DNA of 63,602 nucleotides, filler included, from Chiloscyllium plagiosum (lineage: Eukaryota): the NCBI RefSeq assembly GCF_004010195.1. It is 7 parts of 7 records of this genome, joined end to end, with 100 filler letters (N's around TTAATTAATTAA, not from the genome) between each part and the next. Parts side by side here need not be neighbours in the genome. Positions count along the whole stretch, not along the records: positions 1 to 18,778 come from NC_057743.1; positions 18,879 to 31,145 come from NW_025206951.1; 5 more parts are not named here. One strand, written 5' to 3'. The position numbers were made by a program, and so were the translations under genes. The notes below the pieces were generated by a model, which saw nothing but the letters and a program-made list of their open reading frames with translations, was not told the DNA's origin and made no database searches. Shown in pieces: positions 11,930 through 25,200 of the stretch (positions within the stretch are counted from its first letter, which is position 1; the number at the start of each line of letters is the position of its first letter).

Positions 11930-14802
11930 GGGATCAGGGATCAGGGATGGGTCATGGACAGAGATCAGGGACAGGGATCAGGGATAGAGATCAGGGATCA
12001 GGGGTCAGGGATCACGGATCAAGGATCAAGGACAGGCATCAAGGATCAGGGACAGGGATCAGGGATCAGGGACAGTGATCAGGGACATGGATCAGGGACA
12101 GGGATCAGGGATCAGGGATCAGGGATAGAGATCAGGGACAGGGATCAGAGATCATGGACAGGGATCAGGGACAGGGATCAGGGATCAAGGATAGAGATCA
12201 GGGATCAGGGACAGTGATCATGGACAGGGATCAGGAATCAGGGACATGGATCAGGGATCAAGGATAGAGATAAGGGATCAGAGACAGTGATCAGGAACAG
12301 TGATCAGGGACAGGGATCAGGGACATGGATCAGGGATCAGGGATCAGGGACAGGGATCAGGGACAGTGATCAGGGACAGGGATCAGGGACATGGATCATG
12401 GATCTGGGATCAGGGACAGGGATCAGAGACATGGATCAGGGACATGGATCAGGGATCAGGGATCAGGGACAGGGATCAGGGACATGGATCAGGGACAGGG
12501 ATCAGGGACATGGATCAGGGATCAGGGATCAGGAACAGGGATCAGTGACATGGATCAGGGACGGATCAGGCTGACTGCTCTGATAATCTGTTCGATATCA
12601 CTGGATCATTTAGATCAGGGACAGGAATCAGGTACAGCGATCAGGGACAGGGATGAGGGATCAGGGACAGGGATCAGGGATCAGGGACAGGAATCAGGTA
12701 TAGCGATCAGGGACAGGGATGAGGGATCAGGGACAGGGATCAAGGACAGGGATGAGGGATCGGGGACAGGGATCAGGGACAGGGATCAAGGACAGGGATC
12801 AGGGATCAGGAACAGGAATCAGGGACAGGGTTCAGGGAGAGGGATCAGGGACAGGGATGAGGGATCAGGGACAGGGATCAGGGACAGGGATCAGGGACAG
12901 GGATGAGGGATTAGGGACAGGGATCAGGGACAGGGATCAGGGATAGAGAAACCAGGGTCAGGGATCAGGGGTCAGGGATCAGGGACAGGGATTAGGGATC
13001 AGGGATAGAGAAACCAGGGACAGGGATCAGGGACCAGGGATAGAGATCAGGGATCAAGGATCAGGGATCAGGGACATGGATCAGAGACAGGGATCAGGGA
13101 TCAGGGATCAGGGACAGGGATCAGGGACAGGGATCAGGGACAGGGATGAGGGATCAGGGACAGGGATCAGGGATAGGGATCAGGGACATGGATCAGGGAC
13201 AGGGATCAGGGACAGGGATGAGGGACAGGGATCAGGGACATGGATCAGGGACAGGGATCAGGGACATGGATCAGGGATCAGGGATCCGGGACAGGGATCA
13301 GGGACATGGATCAGGGATCATGGGTCAGGGATCAGGGATAGAGGTCAGGGACAGGGATCAGGGACAGGGATCACGGATGGGTCAGGGAAAGAGATCAGGG
13401 ATAGAGATCAGGGGTCAGGGACAGGGTTCAGTGGTCAGGGGTCAGGGGTCAGGGACAGGGATCAGGGACAGGGCTCAGGGGTCAGGGACAGGGTTCAGTG
13501 GTCAGGGATCGGGACAGGGATCAGGGATCGAGATCAGGGATCAGTGGTCTGGGGTCAGGGACAGGGATTAGGGACAGGGATCAGGGACAGGGATCAGGGA
13601 TCAGGGGCAGGAATCAGGTACAGCGATCATGGACAGGGATGAGGAATCAGGGACAGGGATCAAGGACAGGGATGAGGGATCAGGGACAGGTTCAGGGACA
13701 GGGATGAGGGATCAGGGACAGGGATCAGGGACAGGGATCAGGGATCAGGGACAGGAATCAGGGACTTGGATCAGGGACATGGATCAGGGACAGGGATCAG
13801 GGACATGGATCAGGGATCAGGGATCAGGGACATGGATCAGGGACATGGATCAGGGACAGGGATCAGGGACATGGATCAGGGATCAGGGATCAGGGACAGG
13901 GATCAGGGACATGGATGAGGGATCATGGGTCAGGGATCAGGGATAGAGATCAGGGACAGGGATCAGGGACAGGGATTAGGGACAGGGATCACGGATGGGT
14001 CAGGGAAAGAGATCAGGGATAGAGATCAGGGGTCAGGGACAGGGTTCAGTGGTCAGGGATCAGGGGTCAGGGACAGGGATCAGGGACAGGGATCAGGGAT
14101 CAGGGACAGGGATCAGGGACCAGGGATAGAGATCAGGGATCACGGATCAGGGATCAGGGACATGGATCAGAGACAGGGATCAGGGATCAGGGATCAGGGA
14201 CATGGATCAGGGACAGGGATCAGGGATCAAGGATCAAGGACAGGGATCAGGGGCAGGGATTGGGACAGGGATCAGGGATCGAGATCAGGGATCAGGGATC
14301 AGGGATCAGGGGTCGGGGTCAGGGACAGGGATTAGGGACAGGGGTCAGGGACAGGGGTCAGGGACAGGGATCAGGGATCAGGGACAGGAATCAGGTACAG
14401 CGATCAGGGACAGGGATGAGGGATCAGGGACAGGGATCAGGGACAGGGATCACCGATCAGGGACAGGAATCAGGTACAGCGATCTGGGACAGGGATGAGG
14501 GATCAGGGACAGGGATCAAGGACAGGGATGAGGGATCAGGGACAAGGATCAGGGACAGGGATCAAGGACAGGGATGAGGGATCAGGGACAGGGATCAGGG
14601 ACAGGGATCATGGATAGAGAAACCAGGGTCAGGGATCAGGGATCAGGGATCAGGGACAGGGGTGAGGGATCAGGGACAGGGATCAGGGACAGGGGTCAGG
14701 GACAGGGATGAGGGATCAGGGACAGGGATCAGGGACATGGATCAGGGATAGAGAAACCAGGGTCAGGGATCAGGGATCAGGGATCAGGGACAGGGATCAG
14801 GA
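11930..14802. repeat. G-rich GGGATCA/GGGACA satellite, block 1
   Basis: Mixed 6- and 7-bp units with a GGG run every 6-7 nt. A short unique interruption lies at about 12570-12612. Confidence 0.97.
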
Positions 14803-15222
14803 AGCGGGTTCAGAGAAAGTGAAGTCGCAGGTAGATAGGATAGTAAAGAAGGCGTATGGTATGCTTTCCTTTATTGGTCAGAGTATTGAGTACAGGAGTT
14901 GGGAGGTCATGTTGCGGCTGTGCAGGACATTGGTCAGGCCACTGTTGGAATATTGCATGCAATTCTGGTCTCCTTCCTATCGGAAAGATGTTGTGAAACT
15001 TGAAAGTGTTCAGAAAAGATTTACCAGGATGAGGGGTGACCTTATAGAGGTTTACAAAATTATGAGGGGCATGGATAGGGTAAATAGACAAGGTATTTCC
15101 CCCGGGCTGGGGAAGTCAAGAACTACAGGGGAATAGATTTAGTGTGAGAGAGGAAAGATATAAAAGAGATCGAAGGGGCAACTTTTTCACACAGAGGGTG
15201 GTACGTGTATGGAATGAGCTGC
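14803..15222 (+). mobile_element. CR1 LINE 3' fragment (truncated by gap)
   Basis: Encodes ...KKAYGMLSFIGQSIEYRSWEVMLRLCRTLVRPLLEYCMQFWSP...RGDLIEVYKIM, typical of the CR1 ORF2 C-terminus. Confidence 0.9.
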
Positions 15223-16177
15223 NNNNNNNNNNNNNNNNNNNNNNNNNNNNNNNNNNNNNNNNNNNNNNNNNNNNNNNNNNNNNNNNNNNNNNNNNNNNNN
15301 NNNNNNNNNNNNNNNNNNNNNNNNNNNNNNNNNNNNNNNNNNNNNNNNNNNNNNNNNNNNNNNNNNNNNNNNNNNNNNNNNNNNNNNNNNNNNNNNNNNN
15401 NNNNNNNNNNNNNNNNNNNNNNNNNNNNNNNNNNNNNNNNNNNNNNNNNNNNNNNNNNNNNNNNNNNNNNNNNNNNNNNNNNNNNNNNNNNNNNNNNNNN
15501 NNNNNNNNNNNNNNNNNNNNNNNNNNNNNNNNNNNNNNNNNNNNNNNNNNNNNNNNNNNNNNNNNNNNNNNNNNNNNNNNNNNNNNNNNNNNNNNNNNNN
15601 NNNNNNNNNNNNNNNNNNNNNNNNNNNNNNNNNNNNNNNNNNNNNNNNNNNNNNNNNNNNNNNNNNNNNNNNNNNNNNNNNNNNNNNNNNNNNNNNNNNN
15701 NNNNNNNNNNNNNNNNNNNNNNNNNNNNNNNNNNNNNNNNNNNNNNNNNNNNNNNNNNNNNNNNNNNNNNNNNNNNNNNNNNNNNNNNNNNNNNNNNNNN
15801 NNNNNNNNNNNNNNNNNNNNNNNNNNNNNNNNNNNNNNNNNNNNNNNNNNNNNNNNNNNNNNNNNNNNNNNNNNNNNNNNNNNNNNNNNNNNNNNNNNNN
15901 NNNNNNNNNNNNNNNNNNNNNNNNNNNNNNNNNNNNNNNNNNNNNNNNNNNNNNNNNNNNNNNNNNNNNNNNNNNNNNNNNNNNNNNNNNNNNNNNNNNN
16001 NNNNNNNNNNNNNNNNNNNNNNNNNNNNNNNNNNNNNNNNNNNNNNNNNNNNNNNNNNNNNNNNNNNNNNNNNNNNNNNNNNNNNNNNNNNNNNNNNNNN
16101 NNNNNNNNNNNNNNNNNNNNNNNNNNNNNNNNNNNNNNNNNNNNNNNNNNNNNNNNNNNNNNNNNNNNNNNNNNNNA

Positions 16178-17458
16178 GGGATCAGGGACAGGGATCAGGG
16201 ACAGGATCAGGGACAGGGATCAGGGAATAGGGACATGGATCAGGGATAGGGATCAGGGACATGGATCAGGGATCAGGGATCAGGTACAGGAATCAGGGAC
16301 AGGGATCAGGGACAGAGATCAGTGACATGGATCAGAGACAGGGATCAGGGATCAAGGATCAAGGACAGGGATCAGGGGCAGGGATCGGAACAGGGATCAG
16401 GGATCGAGATCAGGGACAGTGATCAGGGATCAGGGACAGGGATCAGGGACCAGGGATAGAGATCAGGGATCAAGGATCAGGGATCAGGGACATGGATCAG
16501 AGACAGGGATCAGGGATCAGGGATCAGGGACATGGATCAGGGACAGGGATCAGGGATCAAGGATAGAGATCAGGGATCAGAGACAGTGATCAGGGACAGG
16601 GATCAGGGATCAGGGACAGGGATCAGGGACAGTGATCAGGGACAGGGATCAGGGACATGGACAGGGATCAGGGATCAGGGACAGGGATCAGGGACATGGA
16701 TCAGGGATCAGGGATCAGGGACAGGGATCAGGGACATGGATCAGGGACAGGGATCAGGGACATGGATCAGGGATCAGGGATCAGGGATCAGGGCAGGGAT
16801 CAGGGACATGGATCAAGGACGGATCAGGGACATGGATCAGGGATCAGGGATCAGGGACAGGGATCAGGGACATGGATCAGGGATCATTGGTCAGGGATCA
16901 GGGATAGAGATCAGGGACAGGGATCAGGGACAGGGATCACGGATGGGTCAGGGAAAGAGATCAGGGATAGAGATCAGGGGTCAGGGACAGGGTTCAGGGG
17001 TCACGGATCAGGGGTCAGGGACAGGGATCAGGGACAGGGATCAGGGATCAGGGACAGGGATCAGGGACCAGGGATAGAGATCAGGGATCAAGGATCAAGG
17101 ATCAGGGATCAGGGACATGGATCAGAGACAGGGATCAGGGATCAGGGATCAGGGACATGGATCAGGGACAGGGATCAGGGATCAAGGATCAAGGACAGGG
17201 ATCAGGGCAGGGATCAGGACAGGGATCAGGGATCGAGATCAGGGATCAGGGATCAGGGGTCAGGGGTCAGGGACAGCGATCAGGGACAGGGATGAGGGAT
17301 CAGGGACAGGGATCAAGGACAGGGATGAGGGATCGGGGACAGGGATCAGGGACAGGAATCAGGGACAGGGATCAGGGACAGGGATCAGGGACATGGATCA
17401 GGGATAGAGAAACCAGGGTCAGGGATCAGGGATCAGGGATCAGGGACAGGGATCAGGA
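16178..17458. repeat. G-rich GGGATCA/GGGACA satellite, block 2
   Basis: Same units as block 1. Confidence 0.95.
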
Positions 17459-18081
17459 AGCGGGTTCAGAGAAAGTGAAGTCGCAGGTAGATAGGATAGT
17501 AAAGAAGGCGTATGGTATGCTTTCCTTTATTGGTCAGAGTATTGAGTACAGGAGTTGGGAGGTCATGTTGCGGCTGTGCAGGACATTGGTCAGGCCACTG
17601 TTGGAATATTGCATGCAATTCTGGTCTCCTTCCTATCGGAAAGATGTTGTGAAACTTGAAAGTGTTCAGAAAAGATTTACCAGGATGAGGGGTGACCTTA
17701 TAGAGGTTTACAAAATTATGAGGGGCATGGATAGGGTAAATAGACAAGGTATTTTCCCCGGGCTGGGGAAGTCAAGAACTACAGGGGAATAGATTTAGTG
17801 TGAGAGAGGAAAGATATAAAAGAGATCGAAGGGGCAACTTTTTCACACAGAGGGTGGTACGTGTATGGAATGAGCTGCCAGAGGATGTGGTGGAGGCTGG
17901 TACAATTACAACATTTAAGAGGCATTTGAATGGGTATATGAATAGGAAGGGTTTGGCAGGATATGGGCCGGGTGCTGGCAGGTGGGACTAGATTGGGTTG
18001 GGATATCTGGTCAGCATGGATGGGTTGGACCGAAGGGTCAGTTTCGGTGCTGTATATCTCTATGACCTTATGACTCTATGA
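17459..18081 (+). mobile_element. CR1 LINE 3' fragment with 3' UTR and tail
   Basis: Nearly identical to 14803-15222, then continues through FFTQRVVRVWNELP to a TATGACTC-type tail. Confidence 0.9.
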
Positions 18082-18778
18082 CAGTCAGTGCAAATGATCC
18101 AGTGATATCTAACAGATTATCAGAGCAGTAAGTGTAAATGATCCAGTGATATCTGACAGATTCCCCAGGGCAGTCAGTATAAATGATCCAGTGATATTTG
18201 ACAGATTCCCCAGGGCAGTCAGTGTAAATGATCCAGTGATATCTGACAGATTCCTGGAGCAGTCAGTGTAAATGATCCAGTGATATCTAACAGATTATTA
18301 GAGCAGTCAGTCTAAATGATCCAATGGTATCTGACAGATTCCCAGAGCAGTCAGTATAAATGATACAGTGATATCTGAGAGATTATCAGAGCAGTCAGTC
18401 TAAATGATCCAGAGATATCTGACAAATTTCCGGAGCAGTCAGTGTAAATGATCCAGTGATATCTGACAGATTCCCGGAGCAGTCAGTGTAAATGATCCAG
18501 TGATATCTGACAGATTCCCCAGGGCAGTCAGTGTAAATGTCCAGTGATATCAGACAGTTTCCCCACGGCAGTCAGTGTGAATGATCCAGTGATATCTGAC
18601 AGATTCCCCAGGGCAGTCAGTGTAAGTGATCCAGTGATATCTGACGGATTCCCCAGGGCAATCAGTGTAAATGATCCAGTGATATCTGACAGATTCCCCA
18701 GAGCAGTCAGTCTAAATGATCCAGTGATATCTAACAGATTCCCCAGGGCAGTCAGTGTAAATGATCCAGTGATATCTG
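18082..18778. repeat. 43-45-bp minisatellite
   Basis: Unit GCAGTCAGTGTAAATGATCCAGTGATATCTGACAGATTCCCCAGG. Confidence 0.95.
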
Positions 18779-18878
18779 NNNNNNNNNNNNNNNNNNNNNN
18801 NNNNNNNNNNNNNNNNNNNNNNTTAATTAATTAANNNNNNNNNNNNNNNNNNNNNNNNNNNNNNNNNNNNNNNNNNNN
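18779..18878. other. Artificial scaffold spacer
   Basis: 44 N + TTAATTAATTAA (stops in all six frames) + 44 N. Confidence 0.97.
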
Positions 18879-21319
18879 ATTTTTTTGTCCAAGCATCCAA
18901 CTGATCTCTATTCTGCCATATCCTAGATAATCCTTCTCATTTCTGCAATTCTACCAATCTTTGTATCAATTGTAAACTTACTAATTAGATCAGCTACGCT
19001 TTCCTCCAAATCATTTATGTAGACAATATACAGCAGAGTTCCCTGTGGAACACCACGAGTCACAGTCCTCCATTCTGAAAACCATCCTTCCATCACTGCC
19101 CTCTGTCTCCTGTGACTAAGCCAGTTCTGTATTTAATGCTGGGGACATTTTAGACAAGACACCTTGTTGCCAGCTTGTTACTGCAACTTGATCCAGTTCA
19201 TTCAGAAAGAGAAAAAGGACAATGTGCAGATTGTTGAACAGACACCTACACCTGGGCCTGAGGCAGGAGCCCAAACTCCAACACACTGGCCTCACTTCAC
19301 ACCAACCTTCACACAGTGCGGGGTCATGAGCTCCGGCCATCAATTCCACTGGGACTGGGACTGGGATGGAGTGAGGGAGCAGGGGTAATGTCTAAGAGTC
19401 AGTAAGGAGTAGAGCAAGATGGAAAGAGTGTGTTAGGAAGTGTTTAATGGAGGAAACATACTTTGTGATACCCAATACTGACATAGTCTCCGTGTATCAC
19501 AGAATGAACAAAACAGCACTTGTTTTGAAGACAATCAAAAGTCATACCAAAGTACTTCTTTTTGATATATCATAGCATGCAGAGCATTTTCATTGTGGTG
19601 CGACATGTATCCTGGTCCGAAAGCTGTTCTCTCTCTCGCCTTGTTTCTGCAGATGGAGCCAATTAGATCCTNNNNNNNNNNNNNNNNNNNNNNNNNNNNN
19701 NNNNNNNNNNNNNNNNNNNNNNNNNNNNNNNNNNNNNNNNNNNNNNNNNNNNNNNNNNNNNNNNNNNNNNNNNNNNNNNNNNNNNNNNNNNNNNNNNNNN
19801 NNNNNNNNNNNNNNNNNNNNNNNNNNNNNNNNNNNNNNNNNNNNNNNNNNNNNNNNNNNNNNNNNNNNNNNNNNNNNNNNNNNNNNNNNNNNNNNNNNNN
19901 NNNNNNNNNNNNNNNNNNNNNNNNNNNNNNNNNNNNNNNNNNNNNNNNNNNNNNNNNNNNNNNNNNNNNNNNNNNNNNNNNNNNNNNNNNNNNNNNNNNN
20001 NNNNNNNNNNNNNNNNNNNNNNNNNNNNNNNNNNNNNNNNNNNNNNNNNNNNNNNNNNNNNNNNNNNNNNNNNNNNNNNNNNNNNNNNNNNNNNNNNNNN
20101 NNNNNNNNNNNNNNNNNNNNNNNNNNNNNNNNNNNNNNNNNNNNNNNNNNNNNNNNNNNNNNNNNNNNNNNNNNNNNNNNNNNNNNNNNNNNNNNNNNNN
20201 NNNNNNNNNNNNNNNNNNNNNNNNNNNNNNNNNNNNNNNNNNNNNNNNNNNNNNNNNNNNNNNNNNNNNNNNNNNNNNNNNNNNNNNNNNNNNNNNNNNN
20301 NNNNNNNNNNNNNNNNNNNNNNNNNNNNNNNNNNNNNNNNNNNNNNNNNNNNNNNNNNNNNNNNNNNNNNNNNNNNNNNNNNNNNNNNNNNNNNNNNNNN
20401 NNNNNNNNNNNNNNNNNNNNNNNNNNNNNNNNNNNNNNNNNNNNNNNNNNNNNNNNNNNNNNNNNNNNNNNNNNNNNNNNNNNNNNNNNNNNNNNNNNNN
20501 NNNNNNNNNNNNNNNNNNNNNNNNNNNNNNNNNNNNNNNNNNNNNNNNNNNNNNNNNNNNNNNNNNNNNNNNNNNNNNNNNNNNNNNNNNNNNNNNNNNN
20601 NNNNNNNNNNNNNNNNNNNNNNNNNNNNNNNNNNNAACAGATTTGTCTTGTCATTCGTTTACTGTCTGTGGGACCGCACCATCTTGCCCGTGAACGTGAC
20701 AGCTCTGTGCTCACAGCTTTCAATATCCTGACACATTAAAAAAACTGCATCAACAAGAGTTCTCTCTCCATTATCGTGTAAAAGGGGAGCAATGAGCAAG
20801 TGATAATGCACACTGAGCGCAAACACTGAAGCTTCAGCTGAAAGGCTTTTTGCACCATGTTAACCTGCTCCCTGGGCATTTCCTTCCAATGTCCGAGATG
20901 GTTATCAGGCTGGGATGGAGACTGACAGATCACATGGAATCCTTCAGACAAGGTACACAAGGGCACAGTCCAGACTTGCTACAAACATTGGCCTTCCCCC
21001 TATTGAAGGGCTGGGAGCTATGGCGGTTTCTAGTGCACATCCTCCATAGAAATATCACAGACTTTACTGAAATGGAATGGCCTGAAAGAAGAGAAGGAAA
21101 TGGGAAGAATTAACCAGACAAGGGTGAGCATCAAGAGAGGTGGGAGTGTGTGGGAGATTCAATGCCATTAAAATTCCCAACTGGGTTTCACAANNAGGCT
21201 GAGTGTCAGAGACCCCGAGCCTCCGGTGTCTGACTCTCTATGAGGCATTACAGTCAAGGACTGTTCATGTGTCAATAAAGGGTGACTTGGTGACATGGGG
21301 TTATGTTATAATCAATGAA

Positions 21320-21610
21320 CAGAGGAGTATAGATTAAAGGTAAATGGCTGAAAGTTAAGAGGGAACATAAGGAAACACATTCACCCAGAGGGTGGTGACA
21401 GTGTGGGACTCACTGCCTGTAAGGGTGGTTGAGGCAGAAGATCTCCCATAACATTGAAGTATTTCGATGTGCAGCTGTAATGCCAAGGTGTACAGGGCTA
21501 CGGGCCAAGTACTGGAATATGGAATTAGAATAGCGAGGTGGTTGTTTGACTGGCTTTGGCTCATTGGGCCAAAGGGCCTTGTTCATGTAGACCTGTTGTA
21601 GATGTCTGAC
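21320..21610 (+). mobile_element. CR1 LINE 3' fragment
   Basis: TTCACCCAGAGGGTGGTG...TGGGACTCACTGCCTG...GGGCCAAAGGGCCT motifs. Confidence 0.65.
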
Positions 21611-21840
21611 TCTGCCAGGACTCCAGCAATGTGGCTGACCCTTATCTGCCATTTGAAAGGCCGAGCAAGCCACTCAGTTTCAGGGCAATTAGGGATGGAG
21701 AAAAACTGCTGGTCTTGCCAGTGACACTCACATCCCAGAAAAGAATAGACGGCCTCAGTGTTAACACCATCACCTGATCCTGCAGGTTTCAAGCCCCACT
21801 CCAGACACTGGAGCACTATCCTGAGGCTGGCAAAGGCAAA

Positions 21841-21876
21841 GACGCCATCTGCTGGATGATCGGTTAAACCACTGCC
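21841..21876 (-). promoter_or_regulatory. Candidate CTCF site
   Basis: Minus strand reads CCAGCAGATGGCGTC, fitting CCASYAGRKGGCR, with GGCAGTG starting 21 nt upstream. Confidence 0.5.
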
Positions 21877-24356
21877 CTCTCAGGTCGATGTGAATATAAG
21901 GGATTTGTGACCATCTCAGGGAAAATCTCCCTAGTGTGCTGACCAATGCTTCTCTTATAACCAATNNNNNNNNNNNNNNNNNNNNNNNNNNNNNNNNNNN
22001 NNNNNNNNNNNNNNNNNNNNNNNNNNNNNNNNNNNNNNNNNNNNNNNNNNNNNNNNNNNNNNNNNNNNNNNNNNNNNNNNNNNNNNNNNNNNNNNNNNNN
22101 NNNNNNNNNNNNNNNNNNNNNNNNNNNNNNNNNNNNNNNNNNNNNNNNNNNNNNNNNNNNNNNNNNNNNNNNNNNNNNNNNNNNNNNNNNNNNNNNNNNN
22201 NNNNNNNNNNNNNNNNNNNNNNNNNNNNNNNNNNNNNNNNNNNNNNNNNNNNNNNNNNNNNNNNNNNNNNNNNNNNNNNNNNNNNNNNNNNNNNNNNNNN
22301 NNNNNNNNNNNNNNNNNNNNNNNNNNNNNNNNNNNNNNNNNNNNNNNNNNNNNNNNNNNNNNNNNNNNNNNNNNNNNNNNNNNNNNNNNNNNNNNNNNNN
22401 NNNNNNNNNNNNNNNNNNNNNNNNNNNNNNNNNNNNNNNNNNNNNNNNNNNNNNNNNNNNNNNNNNNNNNNNNNNNNNNNNNNNNNNNNNNNNNNNNNNN
22501 NNNNNNNNNNNNNNNNNNNNNNNNNNNNNNNNNNNNNNNNNNNNNNNNNNNNNNNNNNNNNNNNNNNNNNNNNNNNNNNNNNNNNNNNNNNNNNNNNNNN
22601 NNNNNNNNNNNNNNNNNNNNNNNNNNNNNNNNNNNNNNNNNNNNNNNNNNNNNNNNNNNNNNNNNNNNNNNNNNNNNNNNNNNNNNNNNNNNNNNNNNNN
22701 NNNNNNNNNNNNNNNNNNNNNNNNNNNNNNNNNNNNNNNNNNNNNNNNNNNNNNNNNNNNNNNNNNNNNNNNNNNNNNNNNNNNNNNNNNNNNNNNNNNN
22801 NNNNNNNNNNNNNNNNNNNNNNNNNNNNNNNNNNNNNNNNNNNNNNNNNNNNNNNNNNNNNNNNNNNNNNNNNNNNNNNNNNNNNNNNNNNNNNNNNNNN
22901 NNNNNNNAGACTCAAGTCAAAAGAAGCAAAGCAAGAAAGGCAAGTGGATCGAACACAAGAGAGCAAATTGTGAGGGAAAACCAATTATTACCAGTTTAGC
23001 AATTGCAAAGGAGAGAGTGACAACATTGAATTGCTTCTGGTATCATCCTCTGTGCCCTAACATTTCACAGAGCCAGATCCACAACCTTCCATTGGCTTTG
23101 TCATTGAGAGTCAACAGTTCCCTTCCCACAGCCCTTTTTAAAATGTCCTGTTCGGGGGAATCACTGACGCAGAAAATTTTTCACCTTTTCTGGGAAAGTT
23201 GGAGAAATATTAAATCTCAAGGAGCTGTTTCTCAGCCTTCAGGGTCTGACAGAAGGATGTGTGCAGTCTGTGGATTCTGGAGACAGATCACGGAGATATT
23301 CCTCACTCCCATCAATACCTGACTTTATTCTAACAACAGTTTCTATTCTTCATTATAAAGTACCTCCACCAGTTTCAGACTAGACATTACACACCCAGCC
23401 CCCATTTCCTCACACTGGAATCAAGAACCAAACTTGCCCCATCTCAGGATTGCCCTCTGAATGTGATGTCAGTGTGTTAATGCTGTGTTTGAATGAAAGA
23501 GCCACGGTGGAATCTGGGACTGAATCCAAGGGGTTTCTGAGCTACCAGCAGCCTCCCCGCTGCGTGAGGGTCTTTTTGGATAAGATTTCAGCCCCATGGG
23601 TCCCCACTGATACTAGAGCCATGGAGTGAGATTGCTGGAGCCAAATGTGGACTGAGGAACACAACAGTCAGGACAATGAGCTGCTCTGGAATCCATCCTG
23701 AGCCCTGGATGATCCTCACTGAGATGGCCCAGGGGCTACAGAATATGGCAGCAGAAAGTGGAACCAGTTTATCATTGTCCTCCCCAGCCGTGACTCCCAG
23801 ACTCTCCCTGGAGTGAACATTCTCAATCTGACCCTATGGACACACGGGACAATTTCATCTCATTTGAAGAGTAAAGAAAACCCAGGTCTAATTTATGGAA
23901 TATTTATTTCCCAAATTGTTATTGTGCAATTGTTATTCTGAGTAACAAGGTCCTGCTTGTCATATTCATCAATATAGGGAGCCAGAGCCACTGGGAACCC
24001 TAACAGTTGATTTGAATTTCTTGGCTTGTGATCTTGCTGTGCCTAAGGGATGGGTGAGCATTGATGGGGAATTTCCATCAGATTATTGTGTTCCCCATTG
24101 TCCCCTCCTGCCTTCCTTCTTTTCCCCATTTATTGGGAAAGATTTCCTTGAGGTTGTGCATTCCTGCTGAAAGTGCCCCTTGTGGACACAATGGTAGCAT
24201 TGCCCTCCTGCTCCGGGGACCCCATTGCCCCCTCTATTCTCCCCCTCATTCTCCAGGCCTTGAGGGTGGAGGTTAACACTTCACACAGGTTTCCCTGAGG
24301 CTTCAGCTCTGGCCATTTCCAAAGCACACAGAGACAGAGACTGAATCATCTTCATC

Positions 24357-24362
24357 TTTATT
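24357..24362 (-). terminator. Poly(A) signal of C-kappa pseudogene
   Basis: AATAAA on the minus strand, conserved in the paralogous 3' UTR at 37279-37284. Confidence 0.65.
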
Positions 24363-24888
24363 CCCTTTTCCAGATTGACATTGACAGAAAACAGTCAGCA
24401 ACTAACAGCCCAGACAGAGGAAGCTGCACAAATTCACAGCCACAATGGAGCTTGAGGAAAACACTTGTGGAGATTTTCTTAATAACCTAAGCATCCTGTT
24501 CCTTTAAACAGTGACAAAACCTTAAATTGGAACTGACGGCTGAGCAGGAAGTAGGTCTGTTTTACTGAAGCAGAGACTTCTGAGGTTCACATTGTTTTTG
24601 TACAGCTGACAGTCTTCAGCATTTTCTATAGGTTTGACTTGGCATCACAGGTCATCACTGCCCCAATCAAACACTCCAGAACACGGTCAGCATGGAGTCT
24701 GCTACAGAGTAATGCTTCTTTTTGATGATCCCAATGACCTGCCTTAACCCTTGAACCTCAGAGGTGTCTCTGAGCCAATCCCAAGAAGGAAGAAAGTTGA
24801 AATTCAGTGCTGACAATGACCTTTGTCCTGCCAGCTCAGCCCTGTTCTATTTAAAGTTGTGTCTCCTCTGTGGACTATCTCAAACATT

Positions 24889-25200
24889 CTACACACATTC
24901 TGATCTCCTGATGCTCTTCCTGAGGGGAGAGGGGAGGGTCTCGTGGGTGAGGGCACAGGAGAAGTGAGCATTCAGAGAGGGTCAGCAGGCTGCTGACACT
25001 GTAGGTGCTGTCCGAAGCTCGCAGGTAGTTGCTGGTCTGAACCCCGTCCGAAATGACTGCACCATCCTTCTTCCACTGCACCTCCAGCTCATCGGGATAG
25101 AAGTGATTGGCAAGGCACACCAGGGTGGCAGTGCCCTAGGCATTGACCTGCTCCGGAGAGGGGGGCAGCAGGGTTAGCTTGGGCTGAGTGTTCTCACGGC
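24889..25200 (-). pseudogene. IGKC: Ig light chain kappa-type (NS4-like) constant exon, pseudogene
   Basis: Acceptor ctcttatctttcag, then RENTQPKLTLLPPSPEQVNA*GTATLVCLANHFYPDELEVQWKKDG. Premature TAG at 25136-25138 and a 17-bp deletion (GGTCTGACTGGGAGTCC) at 24972/24973 relative to the copy at 37757-38127. Original ECV-TAG end at 24889. Confidence 0.93.

Noticed and set aside
11954-17407. GSGIRD-repeat ORFs
   Set aside because: Translation of the GGGATCA satellite.
18823-18834. TTAATTAATTAA as a biological palindrome or homeobox site
   Set aside because: Identical in six N-flanked 100-bp spacers, so it is an assembly linker.
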